Below, in pieces: positions 41,155-50,439 of a DNA stretch of 64,000 nucleotides. The notes under the pieces are model-generated. The model made no database searches and had not been told where the DNA came from. It saw only the letters and a list, made by a program, of their open reading frames with translations. This DNA comes from Escherichia phage vB_EcoM-UFV13. Made by a program: the position numbers and the translations under genes. Position 1 is the stretch's first letter; every line of letters begins with the position of its first letter. The stretch lies in sequence record NC_031103.1, one strand, 5' to 3'.

Positions 41155-43419
41155 TCATAATTTACAGGATGAACAATCTTCAGCTTTTGGAGTTTCTATT
41201 TCATAATCATCAGTACCAGAACCATCGCGGGTATTATGATAATAGAAATTTTTTCCGCCAAAATACCAAAAATACAAAAGGTCATCAATCATTATTGACA
41301 TTGGAACCTTTCCTTTTGGAAAAATCTGCGGGTCATAATATGTATTTGCTGAAGCTGATTGACATACCCATTTAAGCATAATAGCTACCTGCGTAAGATA
41401 AGGTTTATTACCTTTCTTAGCTAATTTCCACGTATAATCATAGAGGTCTATGTTATGCTCAATATTGGGCACGACTTGATTAAAGGAACCCTCTTTTGAT
41501 TCTTTAACAGAGACTGGTCCACGTGGAGGCTCGATACCGTTTGTACTGTTAGAAACTTGGGAAGATGACTCACATGGCATAAGTGCTGATAATGTGCTAT
41601 TACGGATGCCAAAGAGCTTAAGGTCTTCCCGCAGCGACGACCAGTCACAAACGTATTTTGGAGCTGCGATTTGGTCAATCTTTTTATTGTACCAGTCGAT
41701 AGGTAATTCGCCTCGAGACCAACGAGTGTCTGAATAATATTCGCAAGGTCCTTTTTCTTTGGCGAGCTTAATGGATGCTTTAATGAGTCCATACTGTAAT
41801 CTCTCAAATAGCTCATGTGTTAAATCGTTAGCGTCTTCATAAGAAGCAAAATTACTTGCCAGCCAAGCTGCATAGTTAGTAACACCTACACCGAGATTTC
41901 GACGCTTTTTAGCTTTTTCTGCTTCAGGAACTGGATATCCTTGGTAGTCCAAAAGATTATCAAGAGCACGAACTTGAACTTCTGCCAATTCATTAATTTT
42001 ATCTTGGTCTTGCCAATCAAAGTTATCTAACACAAATGCAGATAACGTACACAATCCAATTTCAGCATCAGGACTATTCACGTCATTTGTTGGAATAGCA
42101 ATTTCACAACACAAGTTGCTCTGACGAATAGGTGCCTTTTCACGAATAAATGGAGTATAGTTATTCGTATTATCAATGAACTGTACATAAATCCTTGCTG
42201 TTCCTGAGCGTTCAGTCATTAGCAATTCAAACAGTTCACGGGCTTTAATACGCTTTTTACGAATATTAGGGTCTTTTTCTGCGGCTTCATATAATTCACG
42301 GAAACGGTCTTGGTCTTTAAAATAAGAATAATAAAGCTCACCACCCATTTCATGTGGACTGAACAAAGTAATGTAGTCGTTCTTTCCAAAACGTTCCATC
42401 ATTAGGTCATTCAGTTGAACGCCATAATCCATATGACGAATACGGTTTTCTTCTACGCCTTTGTTATTTTTCAAAACGAGAAGATTTTCAACTTCCAAAT
42501 GCCAAATAGGATAATAAGCAGTAGCAGCGCCGCCACGAATTCCACCCTGTGAGCATGATTTAACAGCAGTCTGAAAATGTTTCCAAAAAGGAATAACACC
42601 AGTATGACGTACTTCACCTGTACCAATCTTAGAACCTTCGGCACGAATCATACCAACGTTAATACCAATTCCAGCGCGTTTGGAGATATATTCAACAATT
42701 GAAGCAGAAGCTTTGTTAATAGACTTCAGCGAATCACCTGCTTCAATAACAACGCATGAACTAAACTGCCGAGTTGGAGTACGACAACCAGCCATAATAG
42801 GAGTTGGTAATGAAATCTGTCGAGTAGATACCGCTTCATAAAAACGAATAACGTGTTTTAATCTATCAACAGGTTCATCTTGATGCAATGCCATTCCAAT
42901 AGTCATAAATGCAAACTGTGGAGTTTCATAAATTTGACCAGTGGTTTTATCTTTAACGAGATATTTTTCTTTTAATTGCATCGCCCCGGAATAAGTAAAT
43001 TCCATATCCCGCTCGTGCTTAATTTTTGATTCTAAAAATGTAATTTCTTCTGCTGAATATTTTGACAGCAGTTCAGGGTCATATTTACCTTCATTTACAC
43101 AGTAAGAAATATGGTCAATAAATGAACGTGGTTCATATTGTCCGTAAACATGCTTACGAAGAGCAAACATTAAACAGCGAGCGGCTACGTATTGATAATC
43201 AGGCTCTTCAACTGAAATAGAATTCGCAGCAGCCTTAATTACAATGGTTTGAATGTCATCAGTGGTCATTCCATCACGGAGATATGATTTAATATTTTCA
43301 TATAATTCATAAGGATCTACAGATGTTCCTTCGGCTGCCCAAGATAAAACTTTAATAATTTTTTGCGGGTCAAAGCTCTGAGAAACACCACTACTTTTGA
43401 TAACATTAATTAATTGCAT
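41155..43419 (-). CDS. nrdA: Ribonucleotide reductase large subunit
   Basis: 754 aa as in T4 NrdA; active-site cysteine motifs; C-terminal CSSCKL. Confidence 0.96.
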   Translation of the reverse strand: MQLINVIKSSGVSQSFDPQKIIKVLSWAAEGTSVDPYELYENIKSYLRDGMTTDDIQTIVIKAAANSISVEEPDYQYVAARCLMFALRKHVYGQYEPRSFIDHISYCVNEGKYDPELLSKYSAEEITFLESKIKHERDMEFTYSGAMQLKEKYLVKDKTTGQIYETPQFAFMTIGMALHQDEPVDRLKHVIRFYEAVSTRQISLPTPIMAGCRTPTRQFSSCVVIEAGDSLKSINKASASIVEYISKRAGIGINVGMIRAEGSKIGTGEVRHTGVIPFWKHFQTAVKSCSQGGIRGGAATAYYPIWHLEVENLLVLKNNKGVEENRIRHMDYGVQLNDLMMERFGKNDYITLFSPHEMGGELYYSYFKDQDRFRELYEAAEKDPNIRKKRIKARELFELLMTERSGTARIYVQFIDNTNNYTPFIREKAPIRQSNLCCEIAIPTNDVNSPDAEIGLCTLSAFVLDNFDWQDQDKINELAEVQVRALDNLLDYQGYPVPEAEKAKKRRNLGVGVTNYAAWLASNFASYEDANDLTHELFERLQYGLIKASIKLAKEKGPCEYYSDTRWSRGELPIDWYNKKIDQIAAPKYVCDWSSLREDLKLFGIRNSTLSALMPCESSSQVSNSTNGIEPPRGPVSVKESKEGSFNQVVPNIEHNIDLYDYTWKLAKKGNKPYLTQVAIMLKWVCQSASANTYYDPQIFPKGKVPMSIMIDDLLYFWYFGGKNFYYHNTRDGSGTDDYEIETPKAEDCSSCKL

Positions 43420-43736
43420 AAGTCCTCAACTTGAAAATCGTCTTTAAACAATCGGTTAACTATATGAGCTATTATATCACCATGACACGGCTTTGGTTTA
43501 CATGTGCATCCTAGCCTCATTCCACGTAAAGGCTCTAAATGTGCTTTAGTTATTTCTCCGGATTTAATTCGACGTATAAAATCTTTTTTGAATAATTCAA
43601 TGGCAGCCTCCCGGCTGCCAGCATCTTTACCGACGTAATTTCCCCAAAATGTACCACGGTGAATATTAACATCAAAGTCGGATTTATATTTATTCACTAC
43701 CTGGCATAGACGGCCCGCGCGGTGATAATTCGTCAT
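43410..43736 (-). CDS. Hypothetical protein (nrdA.1 position), Cys/His-containing
   Basis: 108 aa; [11 protein letters not shown] motif. Confidence 0.55.
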   Translation of the reverse strand: MTNYHRAGRLCQVVNKYKSDFDVNIHRGTFWGNYVGKDAGSREAAIELFKKDFIRRIKSGEITKAHLEPLRGMRLGCTCKPKPCHGDIIAHIVNRLFKDDFQVEDLCN

Positions 43737-43965
43737 ATTGTTTTTCCGTTAAAACAGTAATATCATAGTAACAATCTGAAGAAGTTTTAACTGTAGAAAT
43801 TTTATTATCAAAATACTCACGAGTCATTTTATGAGTATAGTATTTTTTACCATAAATGGTAATAGGCTGTTCTGGTCCTGGAACTTCTAACTCGCTTGGG
43901 TTAGGAAGTGTAAAAAGAACGGCGCCAGAAGTATCTTTAAATCGTAAAATCATATATCCTCGCAA
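43690..43965 (-). CDS. Hypothetical protein (nrdA.2 position)
   Basis: 91-aa ORF. Confidence 0.5.
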   Translation of the reverse strand: MRGYMILRFKDTSGAVLFTLPNPSELEVPGPEQPITIYGKKYYTHKMTREYFDNKISTVKTSSDCYYDITVLTEKQYDELSPRGPSMPGSE

Positions 43966-43976
43966 TTAAATTAAAA

Positions 43977-44837
43977 TTATACCGCCATTTTTCCTTTCAA
44001 GACGCCGTGGGACTGATAATCTTTGAGAACGAAATCTTTAGGCCTGAGTTTAAGAATGTATTCCAATTGTTCTTTAGTAGAAAGATATCGGAATTTATAA
44101 GGCAATCCGCCTATTATCAGTTCACAAAGCTCTTTAGGTTCACGACACAAAATTTCTTTACATTGTTCTACGTGATTCATATAGATATGAGTATTACCGC
44201 CAGAAAATATCAAATCTCCAGGAATAAGATTACACATCTTAGCTACAATATGAACTAACGCAGCATATGATGCAATGTTGAATGGCAAGCCCAAGAACAC
44301 GTCAACACTTCTTTGATACCACTGCAAATCTAAATAGCCATTACGCACATTAAACTGATAGAACATATGACAAGGTGGTAATGCCATATATTTAAGTTCA
44401 GCTGGATTCCACGCAGAAACAATTTGACGCCTATCACTTGGTAGTTTTTTAATACGATCAATAACTTTTACAATTTGGTCTACACCGCCAAAATCACGCC
44501 ATTGTTTTCCATAAATTGGACCAAGTTCACCGCTATGGTATCCTAAATCTTTTGCTTGATTTTCGTAATTTTCATCCCAGACTGTTTTGCCTTGAATTAA
44601 TGAATCATGCTGAATTAATCGTAAATCATTGACATTTGTGCTTCCTGATAAAAACCAAAGCAGCTCAGCAATGCAAGCTTTCCAGGCGAGCTTCTTGGTT
44701 GTTACCGCAGGAAAACCTTTAGTTAAATCCCAACGTAATTTAGTACCGAACAAAGCAATTGTTCCTGTGCCTGTTCGATCATCGGTTTCATAGCCATTTT
44801 CAAAAATATCTTTAATTAAATCTTGGTATTGTTTCAT
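43977..44837 (-). CDS. td: Thymidylate synthase (uninterrupted, no intron)
   Basis: 286 aa continuous; N-terminus MKQYQDLIKDIFENGYETDDRTGTGT and active-site PPCH recalled as T4 Td; the T4 td intron/I-TevI is absent. Confidence 0.96.
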   Translation of the reverse strand: MKQYQDLIKDIFENGYETDDRTGTGTIALFGTKLRWDLTKGFPAVTTKKLAWKACIAELLWFLSGSTNVNDLRLIQHDSLIQGKTVWDENYENQAKDLGYHSGELGPIYGKQWRDFGGVDQIVKVIDRIKKLPSDRRQIVSAWNPAELKYMALPPCHMFYQFNVRNGYLDLQWYQRSVDVFLGLPFNIASYAALVHIVAKMCNLIPGDLIFSGGNTHIYMNHVEQCKEILCREPKELCELIIGGLPYKFRYLSTKEQLEYILKLRPKDFVLKDYQSHGVLKGKMAV

Positions 44838-44853
44838 TTAGTACCTTATATAA

Positions 44854-44877
44854 ATTATAATACATTTTATGAAGCTA
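44854..44877 (-). promoter_or_regulatory. Possible middle promoter for td (AGCTTCA box-like - 10 nt - TATAAT)
   Basis: Imperfect MotA-box-like motif and TATAAT in the 45-nt spacer before td. Confidence 0.3.
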
Positions 44878-44882
44878 AATAA

Positions 44883-45230
44883 TCAATACGGTTTAGCATC
44901 AAATTTTCTCTCAATTTCAGGTGTGAAATATAATTCTTTACCACGTTTGGAAAAGCGACCAATAATATGATAATTATTCTCATCAAACGTGATATTACCA
45001 ATATCCATAGCTTTCAACCAAATATCGATATTTCTATCCAGCTTTATGTCAAAATTCCAATACAGAGAACTATTACCGAAAATACTGCAAGCGGATTCAG
45101 TGAAACAACTGCTATAAATCTTGTCTTTAGGAACTACTAATTGATAGACACCTTTAATAAACTGAGGACCCTGCCACTTTGGCTGTTTCTCATCTTTTTC
45201 TAATAGAATAGGGTAATAATTAAAATTCAT
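44883..45230 (-). CDS. Hypothetical 115-aa protein in the frd-td junction (not present at this junction in T4)
   Basis: ATG-initiated ORF filling a roughly 410-bp gap between frd and td; no recognisable motif. Confidence 0.6.
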   Translation of the reverse strand: MNFNYYPILLEKDEKQPKWQGPQFIKGVYQLVVPKDKIYSSCFTESACSIFGNSSLYWNFDIKLDRNIDIWLKAMDIGNITFDENNYHIIGRFSKRGKELYFTPEIERKFDAKPY

Positions 45231-45249
45231 ATTTCCGCCACGCGTTATT

Positions 45250-46076
<827 letters not shown>

Positions 46077-46086
46077 ATTATTTTCC

Positions 46087-46329
46087 TTAAACAGACTTTT
46101 TCACAATTTTCCAATCAGCTTTAAACTGATTGACGTCAGAATGGTAAATCCAGAATCCTGCGCTTTCTCCATCCTCATAAAGAGGGCATCCATCGCATTC
46201 ATCTTCCCATCCCATATCACGTAAAAGTTGTTCAGCTTTTTCAACAAGTTCAGAATCTTTACCGATGATATTAAAATACCATTTACCTCTAACTTCCGAA
46301 TCTTTGATGCTCTGGCGTTGTAATCTCAT
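46087..46329 (-). CDS. Hypothetical protein (frd.2 position)
   Basis: 80 aa; CDGC motif. Confidence 0.5.
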   Translation of the reverse strand: MRLQRQSIKDSEVRGKWYFNIIGKDSELVEKAEQLLRDMGWEDECDGCPLYEDGESAGFWIYHSDVNQFKADWKIVKKSV

Positions 46330-46347
46330 TTTATTCTCCTTAGTTGA

Positions 46348-46384
46348 TAGGGTAATAGTATCACACTACTACCCTACTGTAAAC
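46348..46384 (-). promoter_or_regulatory. Early-type promoter (GTTTACA - 17 nt - TGTGATACTAT) with the -10 inside a hairpin loop
   Basis: GTAAAC at 46379-46384 (+), -10 at 46355-46360; inverted repeat TAGGGTA/TACCCTA at 46348-46354 and 46370-46376. Confidence 0.55.
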
Positions 46385-46749
46385 TACTTTTTGAAAGTTT
46401 TTCGCAAAAGTTCAATGATTTCGTCTACATTGTTTTCATCTACAATGCAGTGAATTTTTGTTACGCCAGAAACCTTGTCTTCGACTTCATCTTCTTCAAA
46501 AGTCGGTTCTTTATACTCACGAAAACAATGAAATTCGTCTTCGCAAACGTTAAAATAAAAATGCTTTCCATTTGTGCATTCAATGTGTTTTATTACTCTA
46601 AATCCATCAACAAAGAAAGCTTCTTTAACTTCAAACCATCCGCCATTTTCTTGAATAATTTTAACTATTGCTGAATTAGAACGTGGACGATAATTAATAA
46701 ATGTATCAATAAGTCTTGGAACAAGTTCATACTTTTTACCGATATACAT
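46384..46749 (-). CDS. Hypothetical protein (frd.3 position)
   Basis: 121-aa ORF. Confidence 0.5.
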   Translation of the reverse strand: MYIGKKYELVPRLIDTFINYRPRSNSAIVKIIQENGGWFEVKEAFFVDGFRVIKHIECTNGKHFYFNVCEDEFHCFREYKEPTFEEDEVEDKVSGVTKIHCIVDENNVDEIIELLRKTFKK

Positions 46750-46770
46750 TTTCTTTTCCTCATTTTAATA

Positions 46771-46786
46771 GGGGCTTGATAGCCCC
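46771..46786 (-). other. Intercistronic stem-loop (GGGGCT-TGAT-AGCCCC)
   Basis: Perfect 6-bp stem between two minus-strand ORFs; not followed by a U-tract. Confidence 0.45.
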
Positions 46787-46793
46787 TTGATAA

Positions 46794-47021
46794 TTACTGT
46801 TCAATAAATCCTGTGTAAAATTCTACATCTTCAGCATCCATACCGTCGCAGTATTCATTAACCATAAACTGTTTAAGACGATCTAAAGGACCTTCAATAA
46901 CAACTGAAACATTACAATTAGGATCATCTAATGCGCTTATGATACTAAGTTCAGGATAACGATTACGAATAATTTCTTCAATATATTCAAAATCAACAAC
47001 ATCAATATCAATTTTAGCCAT
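46794..47021 (-). CDS. Hypothetical acidic protein, 75 aa, downstream of gene 32
   Basis: ATG start with AAGAGGA SD; own early-type promoter. Confidence 0.5.
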   Translation of the reverse strand: MAKIDIDVVDFEYIEEIIRNRYPELSIISALDDPNCNVSVVIEGPLDRLKQFMVNEYCDGMDAEDVEFYTGFIEQ

Positions 47022-47064
47022 ATTATTTTCCTCTTTAATTATCAGCAGTATTGCCGATAGTTGT

Positions 47065-47094
47065 ATAGTACTATAAAGCTTTGTGCTTGTAAAC
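47065..47094 (-). promoter_or_regulatory. Early-type promoter (GTTTACA - 17 nt - TACTAT)
   Basis: GTAAAC at 47089-47094 (+); -10 lies in the 12-bp palindrome TATAGTACTATA. Confidence 0.5.
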
Positions 47095-47124
47095 CACTTT
47101 GTGAAAAATTTTTGAAATAAAAAA

Positions 47125-47143
47125 GGGGACCCTAGAGGTCCCC
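47125..47143 (-). terminator. Intrinsic terminator downstream of gene 32 (GGGGACC-CTAGA-GGTCCCC then U-run)
   Basis: 7-bp perfect stem followed on the minus strand by TTTTTTATTTCAAAAATTTTT. Confidence 0.8.
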
Positions 47144-47165
47144 AATTAATTAATAATATAATCTA

Positions 47166-48074
47166 TTAAAGGTCATTCAAAAGGTCATCCAGGTCCGTGT
47201 CATCAGCACTAGATGAACTGCCAGAGCTTGAGCTCATAAAATCATCTTCAGTTTTTGTTTTGAAGTCATCAACATTGAATGCATCCAAATCATCAGCAAC
47301 TTTATCAGCTTTCTTAGCAGCAATTGCAGCGGCACCACCCATCACAGCAGTTCCCATGACTTGACTGAACTTAGTGCTCAGTTCTTCAAATGATTTGAAT
47401 TTATCTTTAGAAGTCATTTCAGAAAGGTCAACCATTTGTTCGAACAGTTCTTTCTGGAAAGATTCATCATCAATGTTTGGAATCGCAGATTGATTCAGGA
47501 ATTTAGATTCATCGTAGTTACTAAATCCAGAAACTTGTTTAACTTTCAGTACAAAGTTAGCACCTTCCCACGGACAAGTTACATCAACCGGAGTTTCACC
47601 CATTTCAACATCAACTGCAATCATTGCGTTGATTTTATCCCAGATTTTCTTACCGAAACGGTATTTAAATACTTTACCTTCATTTTCTGGAGCAGCCGGG
47701 TCTTTTACAACAAGAATGTTAGCCCAGTAAGAAGTTTTACGTTTAACAAGACTGTACTCTTTATTGTCAGTGTTGTACAAATCATTTTTACTGATGTACT
47801 GACATACTGGGCAAGAATCGTAATCACCGTGGGTAGATGAGCAATTTTCGATATACCATTTACCGTTTTTCTTGAAACCGTGATTTACAAGAATTGCGAA
47901 TGGTGCTTGTTCATCATTTTTAGACGGAAGAAAACGAATTACTGCTTGACCGTTACCCGCATTGTCGAGTTTCAGTTTCCACTCGCCTTTATCTTCAGAA
48001 GAAAAACCACCTTTATTTCCAGCCAGTTTAGCCATTTGTGCAGCGAGTTCAGCAGTAGATTTACGTTTAAACAT
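47166..48074 (-). CDS. 32: Single-stranded DNA-binding protein gp32
   Basis: 302 aa; N-terminus [52 protein letters not shown] recalled as T4 gp32; Zn site C..H..C..C; acidic C-terminus. Confidence 0.96.
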   Translation of the reverse strand: MFKRKSTAELAAQMAKLAGNKGGFSSEDKGEWKLKLDNAGNGQAVIRFLPSKNDEQAPFAILVNHGFKKNGKWYIENCSSTHGDYDSCPVCQYISKNDLYNTDNKEYSLVKRKTSYWANILVVKDPAAPENEGKVFKYRFGKKIWDKINAMIAVDVEMGETPVDVTCPWEGANFVLKVKQVSGFSNYDESKFLNQSAIPNIDDESFQKELFEQMVDLSEMTSKDKFKSFEELSTKFSQVMGTAVMGGAAAIAAKKADKVADDLDAFNVDDFKTKTEDDFMSSSSGSSSSADDTDLDDLLNDL

Positions 48075-48145
48075 TTTTATTTCCTTTTTAATTTAATTAA
48101 CAGTTGGTGCTATGACGATGTATGACCTCATAGCTGGTCAGTGAG
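48075..48145 (-). promoter_or_regulatory. Gene 32 translational operator: 5'-leader pseudoknot plus A/U-rich unstructured region (autoregulation site)
   Basis: Leader RNA ...UGACC-A-GCUAUGA-GGUCA-UACAUCG-UCAUAGC... gives interleaved pairings UGACC/GGUCA and GCUAUGA/UCAUAGC, followed by a U/A-rich stretch to the AUG. Confidence 0.7.
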
Positions 48146-48157
48146 ATAATTATAATC

Positions 48158-48165
48158 TATTTATA
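48158..48165 (-). promoter_or_regulatory. T4-type late promoter for gene 32 (TATAAATA on the minus strand)
   Basis: TATTTATA on the + strand about 85 nt upstream of the gene 32 ATG, upstream of the operator leader. Confidence 0.55.
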
Positions 48166-48173
48166 ATAAGCAA

Positions 48174-48827
48174 TTAATACTTACAAGATTTCACAGTTTC
48201 AATGAAAACATTTTTAGCTTTCTGTGAATCAATATTTAAAATTTTTCTATAAGCCTTTAACTTTATAGAATAATTATTCCAGACTAAATTATCAGTCTGT
48301 TCATCATGTTTATCAATTATATTTAAAAATGAATCAAGCAAGATAAACGTCTCAAACGAAATTATGTTCGACTGAAGCAGTTTAAAAATATAACTCGATT
48401 GAACCTTTGGATTATATTCAAAGATTTCTTTAAAAGCAGAAACTTCAACTTTTTTACTAAAATAATAAATGTTGCGAATATCTTCTTCAAACTTAAATTT
48501 AATTTGCTTTAAGCGTCCGATATATTCACGATAAAACACAAGTGCATCAGCGTCAGAGATGTCACCAATCCAAGCATCTTGGTTAGCAACCAGATTGCTT
48601 ATAAAGATTAAAGCAAGTTCCTTTAATTTATATTTTTCTGATAACTTCTGGAAAAAATACTTATCCCTTCGCTTTTGATAAGCGGCATCAGACACCCGCA
48701 TGCACCAATTATACTTAATTACATCATACTTTCCGTTCATATGTTGTTTTATCATTAAGTATAATTTATAAACTGATTTACCATCAATGTATCTTTCACC
48801 ACAAGCAGGCATGCGGAGTTTAATCAT
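48174..48827 (-). CDS. 59: gp59 helicase loader
   Basis: 217 aa as in T4 gp59; position between 33 and 32. Confidence 0.88.
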   Translation of the reverse strand: MIKLRMPACGERYIDGKSVYKLYLMIKQHMNGKYDVIKYNWCMRVSDAAYQKRRDKYFFQKLSEKYKLKELALIFISNLVANQDAWIGDISDADALVFYREYIGRLKQIKFKFEEDIRNIYYFSKKVEVSAFKEIFEYNPKVQSSYIFKLLQSNIISFETFILLDSFLNIIDKHDEQTDNLVWNNYSIKLKAYRKILNIDSQKAKNVFIETVKSCKY

Positions 48828-49162
48828 AGCAGAAAATCTAATGTATTAGTTTTTTCACAACGAACAACAGAAGGACGTAAAAGATTTTCGTCAATGGCTT
48901 CTGACTGAATTTTTTCAATTATACCCGAAGGAATAAATTTAGCAAATTGAGTTTCAGGAATAGAATTTTCTTCTAAGAATGCTGTTGTAGCTTCAAGATA
49001 ACTCATTCCAAACTCTTCTACCATTTTTTCAATAATAAATCCATTTTCTTGACGATCAAGAAGCTTTGCGATTTCATCTTTTTCCTTTTTAAGGGAAAGT
49101 TCTTTTTCTGAAAGCCCGGCCTCATCGACCGGGCGAATATCATTTAGAGAAAACTGTGTCAT
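48824..49162 (-). CDS. 33: gp33 late-transcription co-activator
   Basis: 112 aa from the ATG at 49162; the track start is TTG; position. Confidence 0.82.
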   Translation of the reverse strand: MTQFSLNDIRPVDEAGLSEKELSLKKEKDEIAKLLDRQENGFIIEKMVEEFGMSYLEATTAFLEENSIPETQFAKFIPSGIIEKIQSEAIDENLLRPSVVRCEKTNTLDFLL

Positions 49163-49409
49163 AAAGTTCAACTACCTCTTCAGTTTCAGCTTCAAACACA
49201 TCACGATTATCTTTATGATACAAAGCTAATAGACGATTAAACATCTTACCATCAACGCCAAGTTCATCTTTAGCACGAATTCGAATATCTTTAATCAGTT
49301 CATTATAACCGGAAATTTTCAGTTTATGATCAGATGCTTCTTTAATAAATTTAGCCAAGTCTTCGCCGTGGATAGCTTCATCAAATTCAACCATTTCTTT
49401 TTTAGCCAT
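49140..49409 (-). CDS. dsbA: DsbA double-stranded DNA-binding protein
   Basis: 89 aa as in T4 DsbA; position between rnh and 33. Confidence 0.75.
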   Translation of the reverse strand: MAKKEMVEFDEAIHGEDLAKFIKEASDHKLKISGYNELIKDIRIRAKDELGVDGKMFNRLLALYHKDNRDVFEAETEEVVELYDTVFSK

Positions 49410-49417
49410 TATTCACC

Positions 49418-50335
49418 TCAAAATTCATTAATGCTATTAGTTAATTTAGAAAGACCCGCTTTTACAAAATATGAATAAATTTTGCCACGCGGTGGTAATT
49501 TATATGAATTATAGTAATTCACAATGTTTGAAGCAATATTATCAGGAATATAATCAAAATCAATTAGAACTAAATTTTCTTTATAACGATTATATTCAGA
49601 TTCTGTGAGAAGCACCTTAGCTTGCTCACGGTCATTAGCAATAGCTTCAACGATTGAAGTTTTCATTGAAGGAGTTCGTTCACCTTCAACTTTGGTAAAC
49701 CAAAAGTCAGATCGTACTTTAACTGAAGCAACGTTATCCTTTTTGTCACCTTTAAGGATTTTAGTCATACAGTCAATTTCAGCAGAACCGCTTTTAATTT
49801 TAACCCATTTCTTATGCATCGGTGACCATTGCTTAACATTTGGGTATTTGTGAAGCTGTGTAAAGTCACCATCCGACGAAATGATTAAAATCTTATGTCC
49901 TTCTAAAGAGAACTTTTTAACAAGAACAGCAATGTGGTCATCTGCTTCATACTTATCAATATCCATAACAATGTATGGCATATAAGCTTTCAATTCATCT
50001 ATAACTTTATGGCTGGATTCAAAATAACCTTCCCAGTCCCAAGTAGATTCTTCTCGTGCTTTTCCACGGTTTTTCTTATAATAATAAGCGAAATCACGAC
50101 GCCAGTATCCAGATTTCGCGTTATCAATACACAGTACAATTTTAGTGTATCCAAGCGTTTTTGCTTTTTTGACATTAAACTTAATTGAGTTCAATATCAA
50201 ATGACGAACCATTGATAAATTAATTTTTTCTTTATCTGGGAAGTTTACTAAAGCAGTTGAAAGCGCAATTTGACTAAAGTCAATTAAGCAAATTCCTTCT
50301 TTGTAATCTTCATCCAGCATCATTTCTAAATCCAT
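49418..50335 (-). CDS. rnh: RNase H (5'-3' exonuclease / flap endonuclease)
   Basis: 305 aa from the ATG at 50335 (MDLEMMLDEDYKEGICLIDF as in T4 RNase H); the track start is TTG. Confidence 0.93.
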   Translation of the reverse strand: MDLEMMLDEDYKEGICLIDFSQIALSTALVNFPDKEKINLSMVRHLILNSIKFNVKKAKTLGYTKIVLCIDNAKSGYWRRDFAYYYKKNRGKAREESTWDWEGYFESSHKVIDELKAYMPYIVMDIDKYEADDHIAVLVKKFSLEGHKILIISSDGDFTQLHKYPNVKQWSPMHKKWVKIKSGSAEIDCMTKILKGDKKDNVASVKVRSDFWFTKVEGERTPSMKTSIVEAIANDREQAKVLLTESEYNRYKENLVLIDFDYIPDNIASNIVNYYNSYKLPPRGKIYSYFVKAGLSKLTNSINEF

Positions 50336-50364
50336 ATGAACCTCGTTCAATTAGTGAGATTTCT

Positions 50365-50394
50365 ATTATATACTATCCAAATCTTAAAGTAAAC
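50365..50394 (-). promoter_or_regulatory. Early-type promoter for rnh (GTTTAC - 17 nt - TATAAT)
   Basis: GTAAAC at 50389-50394 (+), TATAAT revcomp at 50365-50370. Confidence 0.5.
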
Positions 50395-50397
50395 AAG

Positions 50398-50405
50398 TAT
50401 AAATA
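50398..50405 (+). promoter_or_regulatory. T4-type late promoter TATAAATA for gene 34
   Basis: Exact TATAAATA 35 nt upstream of the gene 34 ATG, back-to-back with the rnh promoter. Confidence 0.7.
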
Positions 50406-50439
50406 CTTATTATTGAAAACACAATAGGAGCCCGGGAGA

